DNA of 64,000 bases from Corallochytrium limacisporum Hawaii (lineage: Eukaryota > Protista > Pluriformea), in the NCBI GenBank assembly GCA_002811645.1, contig PDIP01000020.1:62001-126000 (forward strand), written 5' to 3'. The translations under genes were made by a program, and so were the position numbers. Below, one piece after another: positions 8,778 through 18,878 of the stretch; position 1 is the first letter of the stretch; each line of letters starts with the position of its first letter. The notes beneath the pieces are model-generated. The model had not been told where the DNA came from, searched no databases, and was given only the letters and a program-made list of their open reading frames with translations.

Positions 8778-11609
8778 ATGATGTCATTGGCGACAACAGA
8801 GAGTCGCCGGGTGGAGCCACCGTCAAACCTCTATCTTCGATCACCTGTTCGTCGGTTCCTGAACGATGTCGAAGACAGGGTAAACGACAGCAACGTACAA
8901 TCACACTGGATATCGAGTCCTGTGCGCAACCAACATGGCGTGCTTCAGACGAGCGACGCAGAAGACTTTGAGCGTCTTGTAGAAGACAAGGAACGTGAAC
9001 TGCGACAAGTATTGAATTTACGAACAAAAGCGCTCGAGGAAGAACTACGGCGGACAACTACGGAGCTTGTTCTTGCGCAGGACAACTTCAGCCGTCTCCG
9101 CGAGGACTTTGATTACAACTTGGAGCTGCTTGAAGAAAGAGACAAAGAACTTAAAGAGTTTGAAAAGTACAGCGCGGAGGTTAAAGATCTTTTGCTGGAG
9201 AGAGATAACATGATCGGCATCCTTGAGAAGAAAGTTGAGGATTTCGCTATTGCAAAAGAGGAATTGAACCGTATGATAGAAGAACTTAACTTCGAAAGTG
9301 CAGAGACGACAAAGAAGCACAATAAGGACATCCAAAGTCTCGAATGGCGGCATGCAGAAGAACTCAAAGAGGTCCAAGATATTCTCAATAAGGAACGAAC
9401 TGAAGCTGCCCGACGAGTCTCTGAAATAAGTGCTGACTTTGAAAGAGAAAGTACAGAAGCGAAGCTTAGCTACGAGAAGGCCGTTCAACAGAACAAGGAT
9501 GATTGTGAGCGTAGGATCCGGGAAGCAAAAGAGAACACAGAGCGTGAGCTAGACAAGGTTGCCTCTCTACTAGGTGATGTTGCTCGTGCTCGGAAAGAGT
9601 GTGCCGAAGCACAGCAGCAAATTGATCTCGCGCGTGAGGACAGCTTGGCATGGCAGAGGAAATTGAAAACCATGGAATGGGAAAAGATCAATGCTGTGGA
9701 TCAGAAAGAAGATGAGATCCACATCCTGGAGAGTAAGATCTCAGATTTGGAGAGCATCATGGTTAAGAAGAGCCATGAAGTACATGACGCAGAACGGAAA
9801 GCTGCAAACGCCGAAGTGGCGAAGGAGCGTGCCCAGACAGCTATTGAAGAGAATGAAAAGCGCCTCAATCAAACTATTAAGGGCATGAAGGAAAAGATTG
9901 ATGACCAGCGGAAGGAACTAGACGAGCGCTCAGTAGATCAACGCAAGGAGAACGAGGCTCTGCGGACACAAATGCATGACCTCAAGCGAAAACTAGTAGA
10001 CGTAGAGGAGCAACGGCAGCGCATAAAGAGGGAGGCTGTCTTGGCTATTGGTCAAAAGGACGAGGAAATTAGCGTACTACAGCAGAAGGTTGATTCTACC
10101 CGCAATGAGAACTCTCAGATACGTAACACTATCGTCGACCTAAAGGCCGACATTAGTAAGGGAATTGATCGGGAGAACGAGATTCGCCGCCAACTGTTGC
10201 AGGCCCAACTGAACCTAGACGAGCGGAACTGGAGCATTAAGGAGGATGATCCGTTGGTTCAGCAGATGATGGGCGAACGGGACAAGTTCCGCGCGCTTGC
10301 CGATGAACAGCAACGGAAGGTCTCTGATTTAGAAGCACAAATGCGAAAGAACGATTTCAGACTGCGAAATACAGAGCACAAAGTGACTGGCCATTCTGTG
10401 AAGTCCAAATCCCCTGTGGACGACGATAGTGAATTGGGCCCACCGGTTTCCACACCTCCAACTCCCAATCAACTGGGTGAATCTGATGAGTTCTTTGCTG
10501 GCTTCAAATCGAGACCTCGGACCGGGACTCCGGATCACCGATTGGCATCCGAGAACGCACAATTGAAGTCCGCTGTCAAGGAATTGAGACTGCAACTGGA
10601 AGAAGTATCTTACAGCCGGCCTCCTGGTAACGATGACCTTTTAGCAGAAAACACTCATTTGAAGACTGTGGTGCAGAATTTGCGTCGCGAGCTAGAGCAG
10701 CTGGTGATTGAGCGTGAGGAGACGGTTCGACTCCAACACGGGACAGTGGACTTCCATGAAATGTCGCAGCGCCTAAACGAATCCATGGCCACTGAACAAC
10801 GACACCGTACCAGACAGATCGAAGCAGAGGTACGCATTAGTGAGCTTGAAATGATGCTTCAGAACGCTCGAGGTGAGCTGGCAGAAAAGCAAATTGATAG
10901 CCAGAACATGAGCATTACTCTGCAGAAGCAGATCGCTCATTTACAGCATGAAGTGGATCGCAAGAACGAGGAAATTTCACTTTTGCAGTCTGAGCACGTG
11001 AATCGCTCAAGGGTGCTGAGTTCCAGAGCCGAAGCTAGAGCTCATGATAACACTGTTGTCGATCATCTGAACAGGACAATGAAGGATCTGAAGTCAGAAC
11101 TTGCCATGTTGCGTGAGCACGAGCGTCCCGAGAGTCCCACTTCTCGTGACCGAGCAGCACTCCGCAAAGCCGAAAGACAAATCCGTAGCCTCATGTTGGA
11201 GCGTGAAAAGCTGGTGGAAGCAAATAATTCCCTCCGCAGTAGCATGATACATGCCAAAGAACCTGTGGCATCGTCGGCTTCACACCATGGTCGGGGATCC
11301 GACCGCATCTACGGAAGATCGGCAACACAGGTCAAGAACACGTCCGAGCACACCTTGGGCACTTCAAACGGTACTGTTGCGATTAGCAGAGTGGCCGAGT
11401 CCACTATCGATGTCTATGATGATGACTTTGAAATCAACAGCGGCAGTGAGATTAACTCTTCCCGGCTTCCTGGCCGCCAGAGCGAACGGATCGCCGACTC
11501 ACAGCGCCGCTCAATGAATGCCATGTGCAGCAATGCACAGCGGCGTACGAAGCCACCCAACTTTAACCGTCTTCGTCACGAGGCCGTCAAAGAAGACAAT
11601 GGACCTTGA
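8778..11609 (+). CDS. CCDC57: Coiled-coil domain-containing protein 57 (centriolar/centrosomal)
   Basis: 943-aa coiled coil. N-terminal LREDFDYNLELLEERDKEL matches recalled CCDC57 LQEDFVYNLQVLEERDLEL; C-terminal PNFN resembles the RNYN tail. Confidence 0.8.
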   Translation: MMSLATTESRRVEPPSNLYLRSPVRRFLNDVEDRVNDSNVQSHWISSPVRNQHGVLQTSDAEDFERLVEDKERELRQVLNLRTKALEEELRRTTTELVLAQDNFSRLREDFDYNLELLEERDKELKEFEKYSAEVKDLLLERDNMIGILEKKVEDFAIAKEELNRMIEELNFESAETTKKHNKDIQSLEWRHAEELKEVQDILNKERTEAARRVSEISADFERESTEAKLSYEKAVQQNKDDCERRIREAKENTERELDKVASLLGDVARARKECAEAQQQIDLAREDSLAWQRKLKTMEWEKINAVDQKEDEIHILESKISDLESIMVKKSHEVHDAERKAANAEVAKERAQTAIEENEKRLNQTIKGMKEKIDDQRKELDERSVDQRKENEALRTQMHDLKRKLVDVEEQRQRIKREAVLAIGQKDEEISVLQQKVDSTRNENSQIRNTIVDLKADISKGIDRENEIRRQLLQAQLNLDERNWSIKEDDPLVQQMMGERDKFRALADEQQRKVSDLEAQMRKNDFRLRNTEHKVTGHSVKSKSPVDDDSELGPPVSTPPTPNQLGESDEFFAGFKSRPRTGTPDHRLASENAQLKSAVKELRLQLEEVSYSRPPGNDDLLAENTHLKTVVQNLRRELEQLVIEREETVRLQHGTVDFHEMSQRLNESMATEQRHRTRQIEAEVRISELEMMLQNARGELAEKQIDSQNMSITLQKQIAHLQHEVDRKNEEISLLQSEHVNRSRVLSSRAEARAHDNTVVDHLNRTMKDLKSELAMLREHERPESPTSRDRAALRKAERQIRSLMLEREKLVEANNSLRSSMIHAKEPVASSASHHGRGSDRIYGRSATQVKNTSEHTLGTSNGTVAISRVAESTIDVYDDDFEINSGSEINSSRLPGRQSERIADSQRRSMNAMCSNAQRRTKPPNFNRLRHEAVKEDNGP

Positions 11610-12370
11610 AGAAATCACCACACTCATATTAAAGAAGACAAACGCAGATGTCATAGGATTCGAAAACGCACATGTCCCCTCACAGAATATCGGCTATGTC
11701 TCCAGGACCGGGACCTCCGTCATTTGCCCAATCAGCGCAGAGAGCAGTGCGGGCCCTTAAGCGGGAAAAGGGGGGGGGGAGAGGACGGCGAGACCAGGTG
11801 ACAGAGTCCAAACTTTGTACGGACGCGGCTTTTGCAACCTGTGTGCGTTGTGTATTGGTTTCTCTTTGTTTCCTTTCCCTTCGTTTGCTTGGGTCCCGCG
11901 CTTTCCGCCGGGCCCTTACCACAACGTTCCAATGTTTCCCTGTACTGAGCGTAAGGGAAGTACCTACTGTGCGACTCGTTCGCATGTCTAAGGCGCCTTT
12001 ACAACAGGCGTTCCCGCCGTTTCCAACGGAGAGCCGCTCTGCGTTCTGGTGGGGGGTCCTGATAGCCAAGAAACAAGTGAAGGATGGGTGGCGAAAAAAA
12101 TAGGTGGTCTCAGTATGGCTGGGTGATCGAACGTTTCGGGGGTGGCGACTCGGTGTTCTTGTTTCGCTTTCCCCATTCCCTTGAAAAGGTTAGTGGTATT
12201 TGGGAACTGATAGTTGCAAATCCTATATGGTTGCCTCACGATCATTGTGCAATGCAAAGACCCTGCGGGTGCTGACGAGTTTTGGAAAGTCCGCAGCAGC
12301 GGAAACTAGAAGCTACACAATGAATCTTCTAGCACTTCGGTCAGGACCTCTTGGTTAGATTCATAAGGCC

Positions 12371-15300
12371 ATGTCGAAAACAAAGATAAGAGACAGCTCC
12401 AAGGGCGAGCGTCTCCAGGATTACATCCTGGGTGACTGCATAGGTAAGGGTGGATTTGGTGCTGTCTACAAAGCGATCAACTTGCAAGATGGTACAGTTG
12501 TCGCAGTTAAAAAAATTCATACAGAGAATATTCCCAAATCCAAGCAGGCAGGTATAATGATGGAAATTGACTTGCTGAAAAAACTATCTCACCCTTGCAT
12601 CGTGAAATATTTGGGGTTTGTGGACACTGAGAGGGATCTAAACATTATTCTTGAATATGTAGAGAATGGTTCGCTCAGTTCGATTTGTCATAAATTTGGG
12701 CAGTTCCCGGAAAGCCTGACTTCTGTGTATATGTATCAAACACTGGACGGATTGGTATACTTGCATGAACAGGGTGTAATCCATAGGGATATTAAGGGAG
12801 CAAACATCCTTACAACAAAGGAAGGTATTGTGAAGCTTGCCGATTTCGGTGTCGCGACCAAATTGGCTGACATTGAGCAAGATGCAGTTGTAGGTACTCC
12901 ATATTGGATGGCTCCCGAAATCATCATATTGACTGGAGCTACTACTGCGTCAGATATTTGGAGTCTGGGATGCACGATCATTGAGCTGCTGGAGGGAAAG
13001 CCACCCTACTTCGAATTTCCGCCCATGCCAGCCTTGTTCCACATTGTACAAGATGATCACCCCCCTCTGCCGGAGGGTATTTCACCGGCATTACGCGATT
13101 TCCTCACGCAATGTTTTCAGAAGGAACCAAGTCTCCGCGTCACTGCCAAGAAACTTATGCGTCATGCGTGGCTGGCCCATCATCACAAGCGCAACAAGGG
13201 CAAGAACGGCACGGACAGTCGTGAGGGATCCGGTAATGCCCAGGACATGAATGAATTAGGTTTGGCAAACCAAGTTGAGAAGATCAAACAATTCAACAGC
13301 GAACTGGAGAATGCAGACCTGAAAGTAGGTTCCACCGTTCGAGGCACATCCTCGGGCATGGTTAGTCACTACCGTGGAACACTGCGACAAGGGACAACGC
13401 GCCGCTTTGAAACACTGAACCAACGTGGTGTCGCCGAAAAGCGCCTTCAAGGAACGATCAAGACTTCGCGACTGCGAGGACGGGGTGGTCAGAGACCAGT
13501 GCTTGATGAGCTTGCAGACATGATGCGAGAAAGTGCCCCTGAGAAGGATCAGCTCAGCGAGGTTCCAAAGGTCGCCGGAGGAAGATCGAAGAGAGGTACT
13601 GCTGGCTCGGGCGCCAAACAGAGACCGGGGTTGTTTAACATCTTTCCGGGCGAAGAGGGTAAGGCTGCCCAGGTAGTTTCTGCTGTAGACGCAGGATCGA
13701 AGGCCTTGCCTGACTCACAGTCTTTACAGGCGTATGAAGACCATTCGGGAAGTGAGGAAGATTGGGATGACGATTTTGTGGGAGATCTTGATTTGAAGAA
13801 TTCAAACTTGCAGCCCAAGACAAGCCTGCAGCTTGGAGGCGATACTTTGAAGCCCATCATCAAGGAACAACCGCAGCCTATTTCACAGGTACCTAAGGGA
13901 ATAAACAGGTGGGCTTCCCCAGAGCCAGGCGCAAGAGAACCGTCTCCAGAACTGACTGAGGACCAAAGGGCACCCAATGGCGAGGACGGAGTTGACGTAT
14001 GGGACGATGACTTCTTGGTGGATACAATTACCCCAGACCAGCTACAGGGCGCCTTGAAATTCCGTGGCGGTTCCCAGCTGAAACTTCCTGGTGACTCTAC
14101 GGCAAGTAACACTGTCAGTAGCATGGAGAGTGGTCCACGAACATTTGAAACAATCAAGGCCACAGATAGTGTCATGGAACAGGCGAAAATTCAGATGAAA
14201 TTGTCACCCATTGCGTCCACAGATACTTTGACTGGGCGATCTGGAGACTCAAAGATTTCTACCTCGTCGACATCAAAATTGAAACCGAAAGAGATCGATC
14301 TGACGATTTACAAGGAAACGGAATCGGAAAATGACTTCGACGACCTTGGATTCGATGATGAAGTCTTGAGCGGACTTGATAAGGTGGTGAAACAGAAGAA
14401 GGAACGAAGTGAAAGCACAATCAATACTTTGGACAAGTTCCCCGCGCGTGGTGCTTTACAAACCTTGAAGGACGATAAGGACTCTGGCATTGGTACGAGC
14501 ACCACAGCTACAAGCGACACGTGGGAGAGTGGTAGCAATCGTGAATCACAGACTCTTGCTCCAAACAGTGCGAAGGTCGAACGCCGCCCGACCTCAGGAC
14601 GTGCATCCATGCCGGATGATCCCCGCTGGCGTAAGTTCACAGAGACCAAAGCAGATGCAGCAGATTGGACTGACGATTTTGCGGATGGTCTAGAAGTTGG
14701 AGACAACTTGACTCTGGGCATGTCTTCCTCCGGTCAAATGATCAGTAACGTTGATGTCAGCGGAGAGAATCGACAAGTGTCATCTACTTCGGCCGCCTTG
14801 GAAGAGGACCTAGACGAAGAGGACCCCTTTGCTGATTTGGATGATGATGACAATGATGAAGGCCTGGAGTTTGACGAAAAAGAACGCATCTATATGGACC
14901 ACTATGCACGTATTAGCAACGAGATAATCACACTGATTGGCAACTTGAAACCAGGACAGCCGGAGGGAGATCTTCTGCTAACGTGCTCACGACTGATTGA
15001 GATCTTCACTGAAGACCCTTCACAGCGAGTGGAACTAATTGCTCACCATGGTGTCATTCCCATTATGGAGATGTTAGAAATAGGCGATCAGATGCATGTA
15101 GTTCATGGTATCTTGCAGGTTGTCAATACCATTATCGAGGACGCGGAGGACATTCAAGAGAATCTCTGTCTTGTGGGCGGCATCCCGGCAATTATGCGCT
15201 TCACTGCAAGCTCGTACAGCCGAGAGGTGCGGGAAGAGGCGGCCACTTTCATTGCGCACATGTGTCAGACCTCCTCCCTCACAATGCAGATGTTCATTGC

Positions 15301-16921
15301 CTGCCGTGGTTTGCCTGTCCTAGTGGACTTTTTGGATGAAAACGTACGGCGATCTCCTTACCTGGTATGCACTGCCATCGATCAAATCTGGAACGTGTTT
15401 GAATTGCAGTCCACTACTCCCAAGAGTGACTTCTGCCGGTTGTTTGCCAAGAATGGTTTGTTGTCGTCGTTGGCGGGTGTCCTCAGTGACCTCACCGCCA
15501 TGGTAAACGGCAGCACTGGGAACCTCCACGTTGGCTCTCATGGCAATACAACCAAAGGGAGTCAACAGTTGGACGAGGCTGATGCGTTGGCATACATTGA
15601 GCGAGTGGCCTTGATCATGCTATTCTTCAGCAATGCGGATTCAACGGTGAAGGGCATTATGGCCTCTTCCACGGTTCTTACTTCCATCTTTAATTGCATG
15701 GAAAAAACACCTCAAAAGGTCATGCATACCCTTCTGAAATCAATCAAGAACTTGACCATGGAGCCCATCTGCCTGGATCCATTGCAGCGGGCTGGAGCCA
15801 TTCGCGTTCTGGTAGATATCCTGACATCCAGTAAGTACGGCGTCACGGCGGTAACAAGCTCTCAGCATCAGCTGAATCCGACCCCTGCGACTGCCGGCGT
15901 TAAGGGCAATGCCCCTGTCAGTCACCAATCCTTGACCGATATTCACAACCAAGTGCTGAACGCTCTCTTCAATCTGTGCCGCATCAATAGGTCTCGCCAG
16001 GAGGAGGCTGCTCGCTCTGGTGCCATCCCATCCCTGATGCATTTCGTCCGACAGCGTGGCCCGCTAAAACAACTGGCTCTCAACATCGTTGTGGACATTG
16101 CCCAGGCGAATGCTAACTGTCGCGGCTACCTGTGGCAGAACGAGGGCATTCCGTTCTTTGTGTCGCTGCTCAATGACCCATACTGGCAAAGCAACGCAAT
16201 GGAAATCTTGGCCCTGGGTGCCCAGGATGCTTCCACCAACAAGACACTGACCCACCAACGTGCTCGAATGGACGAGGCACTCATTGATCCTGAAGCCATG
16301 GACGTCCTTACGAAGATGGTGCGGACCGCACGGTCTCCGTCCTTTGACAAGACCTTGGATCCCTTACAGCGCCTTATCCTGTCTTCTGACAGTATCAACC
16401 GCGCCATCGGCAATTCCAAGATGGTCACTGCACTATTGGCCCGTTTGCAGCATCCCAAGGCCCAGGTTCGAGGTGATCTGCTTAAGATCTTGAAGGTCCT
16501 CTTTGCCGGTACTGAAAATCCACGTCAGTTCCTGAACAACAACCCGATGATGTACACTGTCCTAAAGGATATTGCTATGAAGGATGCTGCAGTCATGACG
16601 CAGACACTGGCCGAGAATCTCATCAGGGACATGGATGGTGTGCTGTCAGGGAAGGACTCTAAGGGGGCTGCCAAGGAAGGACGGAAGGAAGATCTTACTG
16701 CAAGTAGCAACGACCTTCCAGGTCAGTCCGAAGAGGTGTTCGACTCGGGTGCAAATGTCTCCGACCCTCGATTAGGCTCTCCTGCGGCAGCGCGCAAGCC
16801 CCAGACGTCACCGACCAAGCAGCAGCAAGGCAATTCCTCGCCCAACGCCCGCCGTCGCAGCCGAAAATTCCGGACGCACAGTCGCAATGGCAGCAAAAGC
16901 AAGGTCAATCCCGATAAGTGA
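12371..16921 (+). CDS. sepH: Cdc7/SepH/Cdc15 (MAP3K-epsilon)-type septation-initiation-network Ser/Thr kinase
   Basis: N-terminal STE-group kinase (GKGGFG, HRDIKGANIL, DFG, GTPYWMAPE, IVQDDHPPLP), acidic linker, C-terminal ARM-like region (ENLCLVGGIP, LTMQMFIACRGL, PKSDFCRL, LFNLCRINRSRQEEAA). Confidence 0.9.
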   Translation: MSKTKIRDSSKGERLQDYILGDCIGKGGFGAVYKAINLQDGTVVAVKKIHTENIPKSKQAGIMMEIDLLKKLSHPCIVKYLGFVDTERDLNIILEYVENGSLSSICHKFGQFPESLTSVYMYQTLDGLVYLHEQGVIHRDIKGANILTTKEGIVKLADFGVATKLADIEQDAVVGTPYWMAPEIIILTGATTASDIWSLGCTIIELLEGKPPYFEFPPMPALFHIVQDDHPPLPEGISPALRDFLTQCFQKEPSLRVTAKKLMRHAWLAHHHKRNKGKNGTDSREGSGNAQDMNELGLANQVEKIKQFNSELENADLKVGSTVRGTSSGMVSHYRGTLRQGTTRRFETLNQRGVAEKRLQGTIKTSRLRGRGGQRPVLDELADMMRESAPEKDQLSEVPKVAGGRSKRGTAGSGAKQRPGLFNIFPGEEGKAAQVVSAVDAGSKALPDSQSLQAYEDHSGSEEDWDDDFVGDLDLKNSNLQPKTSLQLGGDTLKPIIKEQPQPISQVPKGINRWASPEPGAREPSPELTEDQRAPNGEDGVDVWDDDFLVDTITPDQLQGALKFRGGSQLKLPGDSTASNTVSSMESGPRTFETIKATDSVMEQAKIQMKLSPIASTDTLTGRSGDSKISTSSTSKLKPKEIDLTIYKETESENDFDDLGFDDEVLSGLDKVVKQKKERSESTINTLDKFPARGALQTLKDDKDSGIGTSTTATSDTWESGSNRESQTLAPNSAKVERRPTSGRASMPDDPRWRKFTETKADAADWTDDFADGLEVGDNLTLGMSSSGQMISNVDVSGENRQVSSTSAALEEDLDEEDPFADLDDDDNDEGLEFDEKERIYMDHYARISNEIITLIGNLKPGQPEGDLLLTCSRLIEIFTEDPSQRVELIAHHGVIPIMEMLEIGDQMHVVHGILQVVNTIIEDAEDIQENLCLVGGIPAIMRFTASSYSREVREEAATFIAHMCQTSSLTMQMFIACRGLPVLVDFLDENVRRSPYLVCTAIDQIWNVFELQSTTPKSDFCRLFAKNGLLSSLAGVLSDLTAMVNGSTGNLHVGSHGNTTKGSQQLDEADALAYIERVALIMLFFSNADSTVKGIMASSTVLTSIFNCMEKTPQKVMHTLLKSIKNLTMEPICLDPLQRAGAIRVLVDILTSSKYGVTAVTSSQHQLNPTPATAGVKGNAPVSHQSLTDIHNQVLNALFNLCRINRSRQEEAARSGAIPSLMHFVRQRGPLKQLALNIVVDIAQANANCRGYLWQNEGIPFFVSLLNDPYWQSNAMEILALGAQDASTNKTLTHQRARMDEALIDPEAMDVLTKMVRTARSPSFDKTLDPLQRLILSSDSINRAIGNSKMVTALLARLQHPKAQVRGDLLKILKVLFAGTENPRQFLNNNPMMYTVLKDIAMKDAAVMTQTLAENLIRDMDGVLSGKDSKGAAKEGRKEDLTASSNDLPGQSEEVFDSGANVSDPRLGSPAAARKPQTSPTKQQQGNSSPNARRRSRKFRTHSRNGSKSKVNPDK

Positions 16922-17264
16922 TCCGAAAACAGATTGAGATTAGGATATATCAACGCACCAATGAGTAGATTAAAAGTATTGAGGCCAATCACTAGCTCTC
17001 CCCTCTTGGAATGCCTTCCTCCCACCCCCCCCCCCCCCCCCCCCAGGAGTGGGGGTTCCCCTCTCCACCAAGCGCCCAGACCGCAGAGGAAAATCCACGC
17101 GGGTCTCTTGGGGCAGGAGGGGTACATTCTTTACATAGAGTGGCCACTGGAAGGGTATAACAGTGTGGCGGGCACAGCTACAAAACCGATGTTAATCTTG
17201 TGATTCGTGGATACATACGATTCCCTGTTCAATGGTACAGTTAAAGAAGACACAATAAGCAGGT

Positions 17265-17807
17265 ATGGTTAAGGCACGTAATCCGCTCAAGGACACTCGC
17301 CTGAAGAAGGCCATCCACCCTCGGAGTCGCAAGGCGGCTCAGGTGCAGCGTGCCACACACCGTGATGCTCAGATTGCTACAAAGAAGCACCAGCACCAAA
17401 AAGTGTTGAAACAGCGGGCCAACCGTTACAAAATCGTCTGTGACACCGCAGGAAAGCTATTCCCCGGGTTGAACCATTTGTCCTTGGCGCAGCTGGCCCA
17501 GGTCACTCAGGAACTGATCACCCGGGAGCAAGTGGCTTTCAAAGAATTCCAGAAACAGACCGCAAATAAGCAGCATGTCAACAAGAGCAAACAACAACAG
17601 ATGGAGTACAAAGCGAAGTTCCTGGACGCGGAATTTAAATCGGCCGGCATCGAAGTGCCCGACCTTGTAGATGGAAAAAACTACGACCGTTTGAAGAATT
17701 GGGACGGCAACATCGATCGAATGAACACCATTCGGACAAGGAAATCCAAATATTCTGACCTTGAAGCAGCACAGAAGAAGGAAGCTGTGAACACCATGGA
17801 GACATAA
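17265..17807 (+). CDS. TMA16: Translation machinery-associated protein 16
   Basis: IHPRSRKAAQ N-terminal motif and GIEVPDL...LKNWDG C-terminal motif; 180 aa. Confidence 0.88.
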   Translation: MVKARNPLKDTRLKKAIHPRSRKAAQVQRATHRDAQIATKKHQHQKVLKQRANRYKIVCDTAGKLFPGLNHLSLAQLAQVTQELITREQVAFKEFQKQTANKQHVNKSKQQQMEYKAKFLDAEFKSAGIEVPDLVDGKNYDRLKNWDGNIDRMNTIRTRKSKYSDLEAAQKKEAVNTMET

Positions 17808-17860
17808 AGCCAAACGTGTGGCTTGTAATATAGAATACATATTGTCTAGTAGTATCGCCT

Positions 17861-18424
17861 TCATGCCGACTTTGTCTTTTCACCATTGGCGTTCTTTAAC
17901 TCTTTATTTGTTTCTTCATCATCTTGGAAAGCATCTGCACTTGGTTTGCTCCCGCTGTCCACGACCGATACCGTCTTCAGGTCGGTTAATTTGGCACCAA
18001 CACCCAGTCGTTCCGCCCGCGGCGCTGGTTCGTGTGTGGAAGGAGACGTCCTTGTCCGTGGGTCTCCTTCCTTCCATCCCATGCCACGCAACATGGCCAT
18101 ACCAAAGCCAGCAACGGGTACGCTTTCGTAGTCGATCTTGTCGTCAGCACCAGGCTCGGCTGCTAGTACCTGTTTTGCTTCAAGCTTCTGGCTTTTCAGG
18201 GGTATTACCATTGGCCCTTTCGCTGTGGCACCGTCCTTTCGTTCGCGTTGCTGGGATTTCGTAGTATCAGTGTTATTATTTGTTCGGTGATCTTCCCCAA
18301 GAGCTACGGCACGTCTCTTTTGCGGCTGATCACCGAACGAATTGCCTAACAGTTGCTTCCTACGCTTCTGATCCGCCTTCGCTGGTGCGCTGAGGCTGAA
18401 GCTGAACCCAGCTCCGGAGGACAT
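17861..18424 (-). CDS. SPP2: Spp2/GPKOW-type G-patch spliceosomal protein (short form, no KOW domains)
   Basis: DYESVPVAGFGMAMLRGMGWKEG...RLGVGAK is the Spp2/MOS2 G-patch. First ATG at 18424 (MSSGAGFSFSL). Confidence 0.82.
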   Translation of the reverse strand: MSSGAGFSFSLSAPAKADQKRRKQLLGNSFGDQPQKRRAVALGEDHRTNNNTDTTKSQQRERKDGATAKGPMVIPLKSQKLEAKQVLAAEPGADDKIDYESVPVAGFGMAMLRGMGWKEGDPRTRTSPSTHEPAPRAERLGVGAKLTDLKTVSVVDSGSKPSADAFQDDEETNKELKNANGEKTKSA

Positions 18425-18729
18425 TATGCCTGATATGTATCCTTCATGTCTTTGTAACCTTTCCTGCTTTCCGAACAACAAGAGCTACTGAAACAAATAA
18501 AATGTGTGCACTACTGTGACCTTGCTCCACAAAACTCCTCAACGAATGTTCCGTGCCAAAATACCTGCACCCTTACTAATCACAGTTCGCGCGGCCCATA
18601 CTCGCAGCCTCGTTGAAAATGAAGCCATAAGTATATCAAATATACATCAACGAAATAGCGTCAGTAGGAATCAAACTCACCAAGGGGAGGGGTTGTTTAA
18701 GAGATGTATTCTCTTACTAAAACATTAAA

Positions 18730-18878
18730 TTCAGTGGCTATGGATTCATTCAGGCGCTGCGACATTTCATGGAAGTCCACTGTCCCGTGTTGGAGTCGAA
18801 CCGTCTCCTCACGCTCGATCACCAGCTGCTCTAGCTCGCGACGCAAATTCTGCACCACAGTCTTCAAATGAGTGTTTT
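18730..18878 (-). repeat. Inverted 149-bp duplicate of CCDC57 coding sequence 10648-10796
   Basis: Reverse complement matches 10648-10796 with 4 substitutions by manual alignment. Confidence 0.95.
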
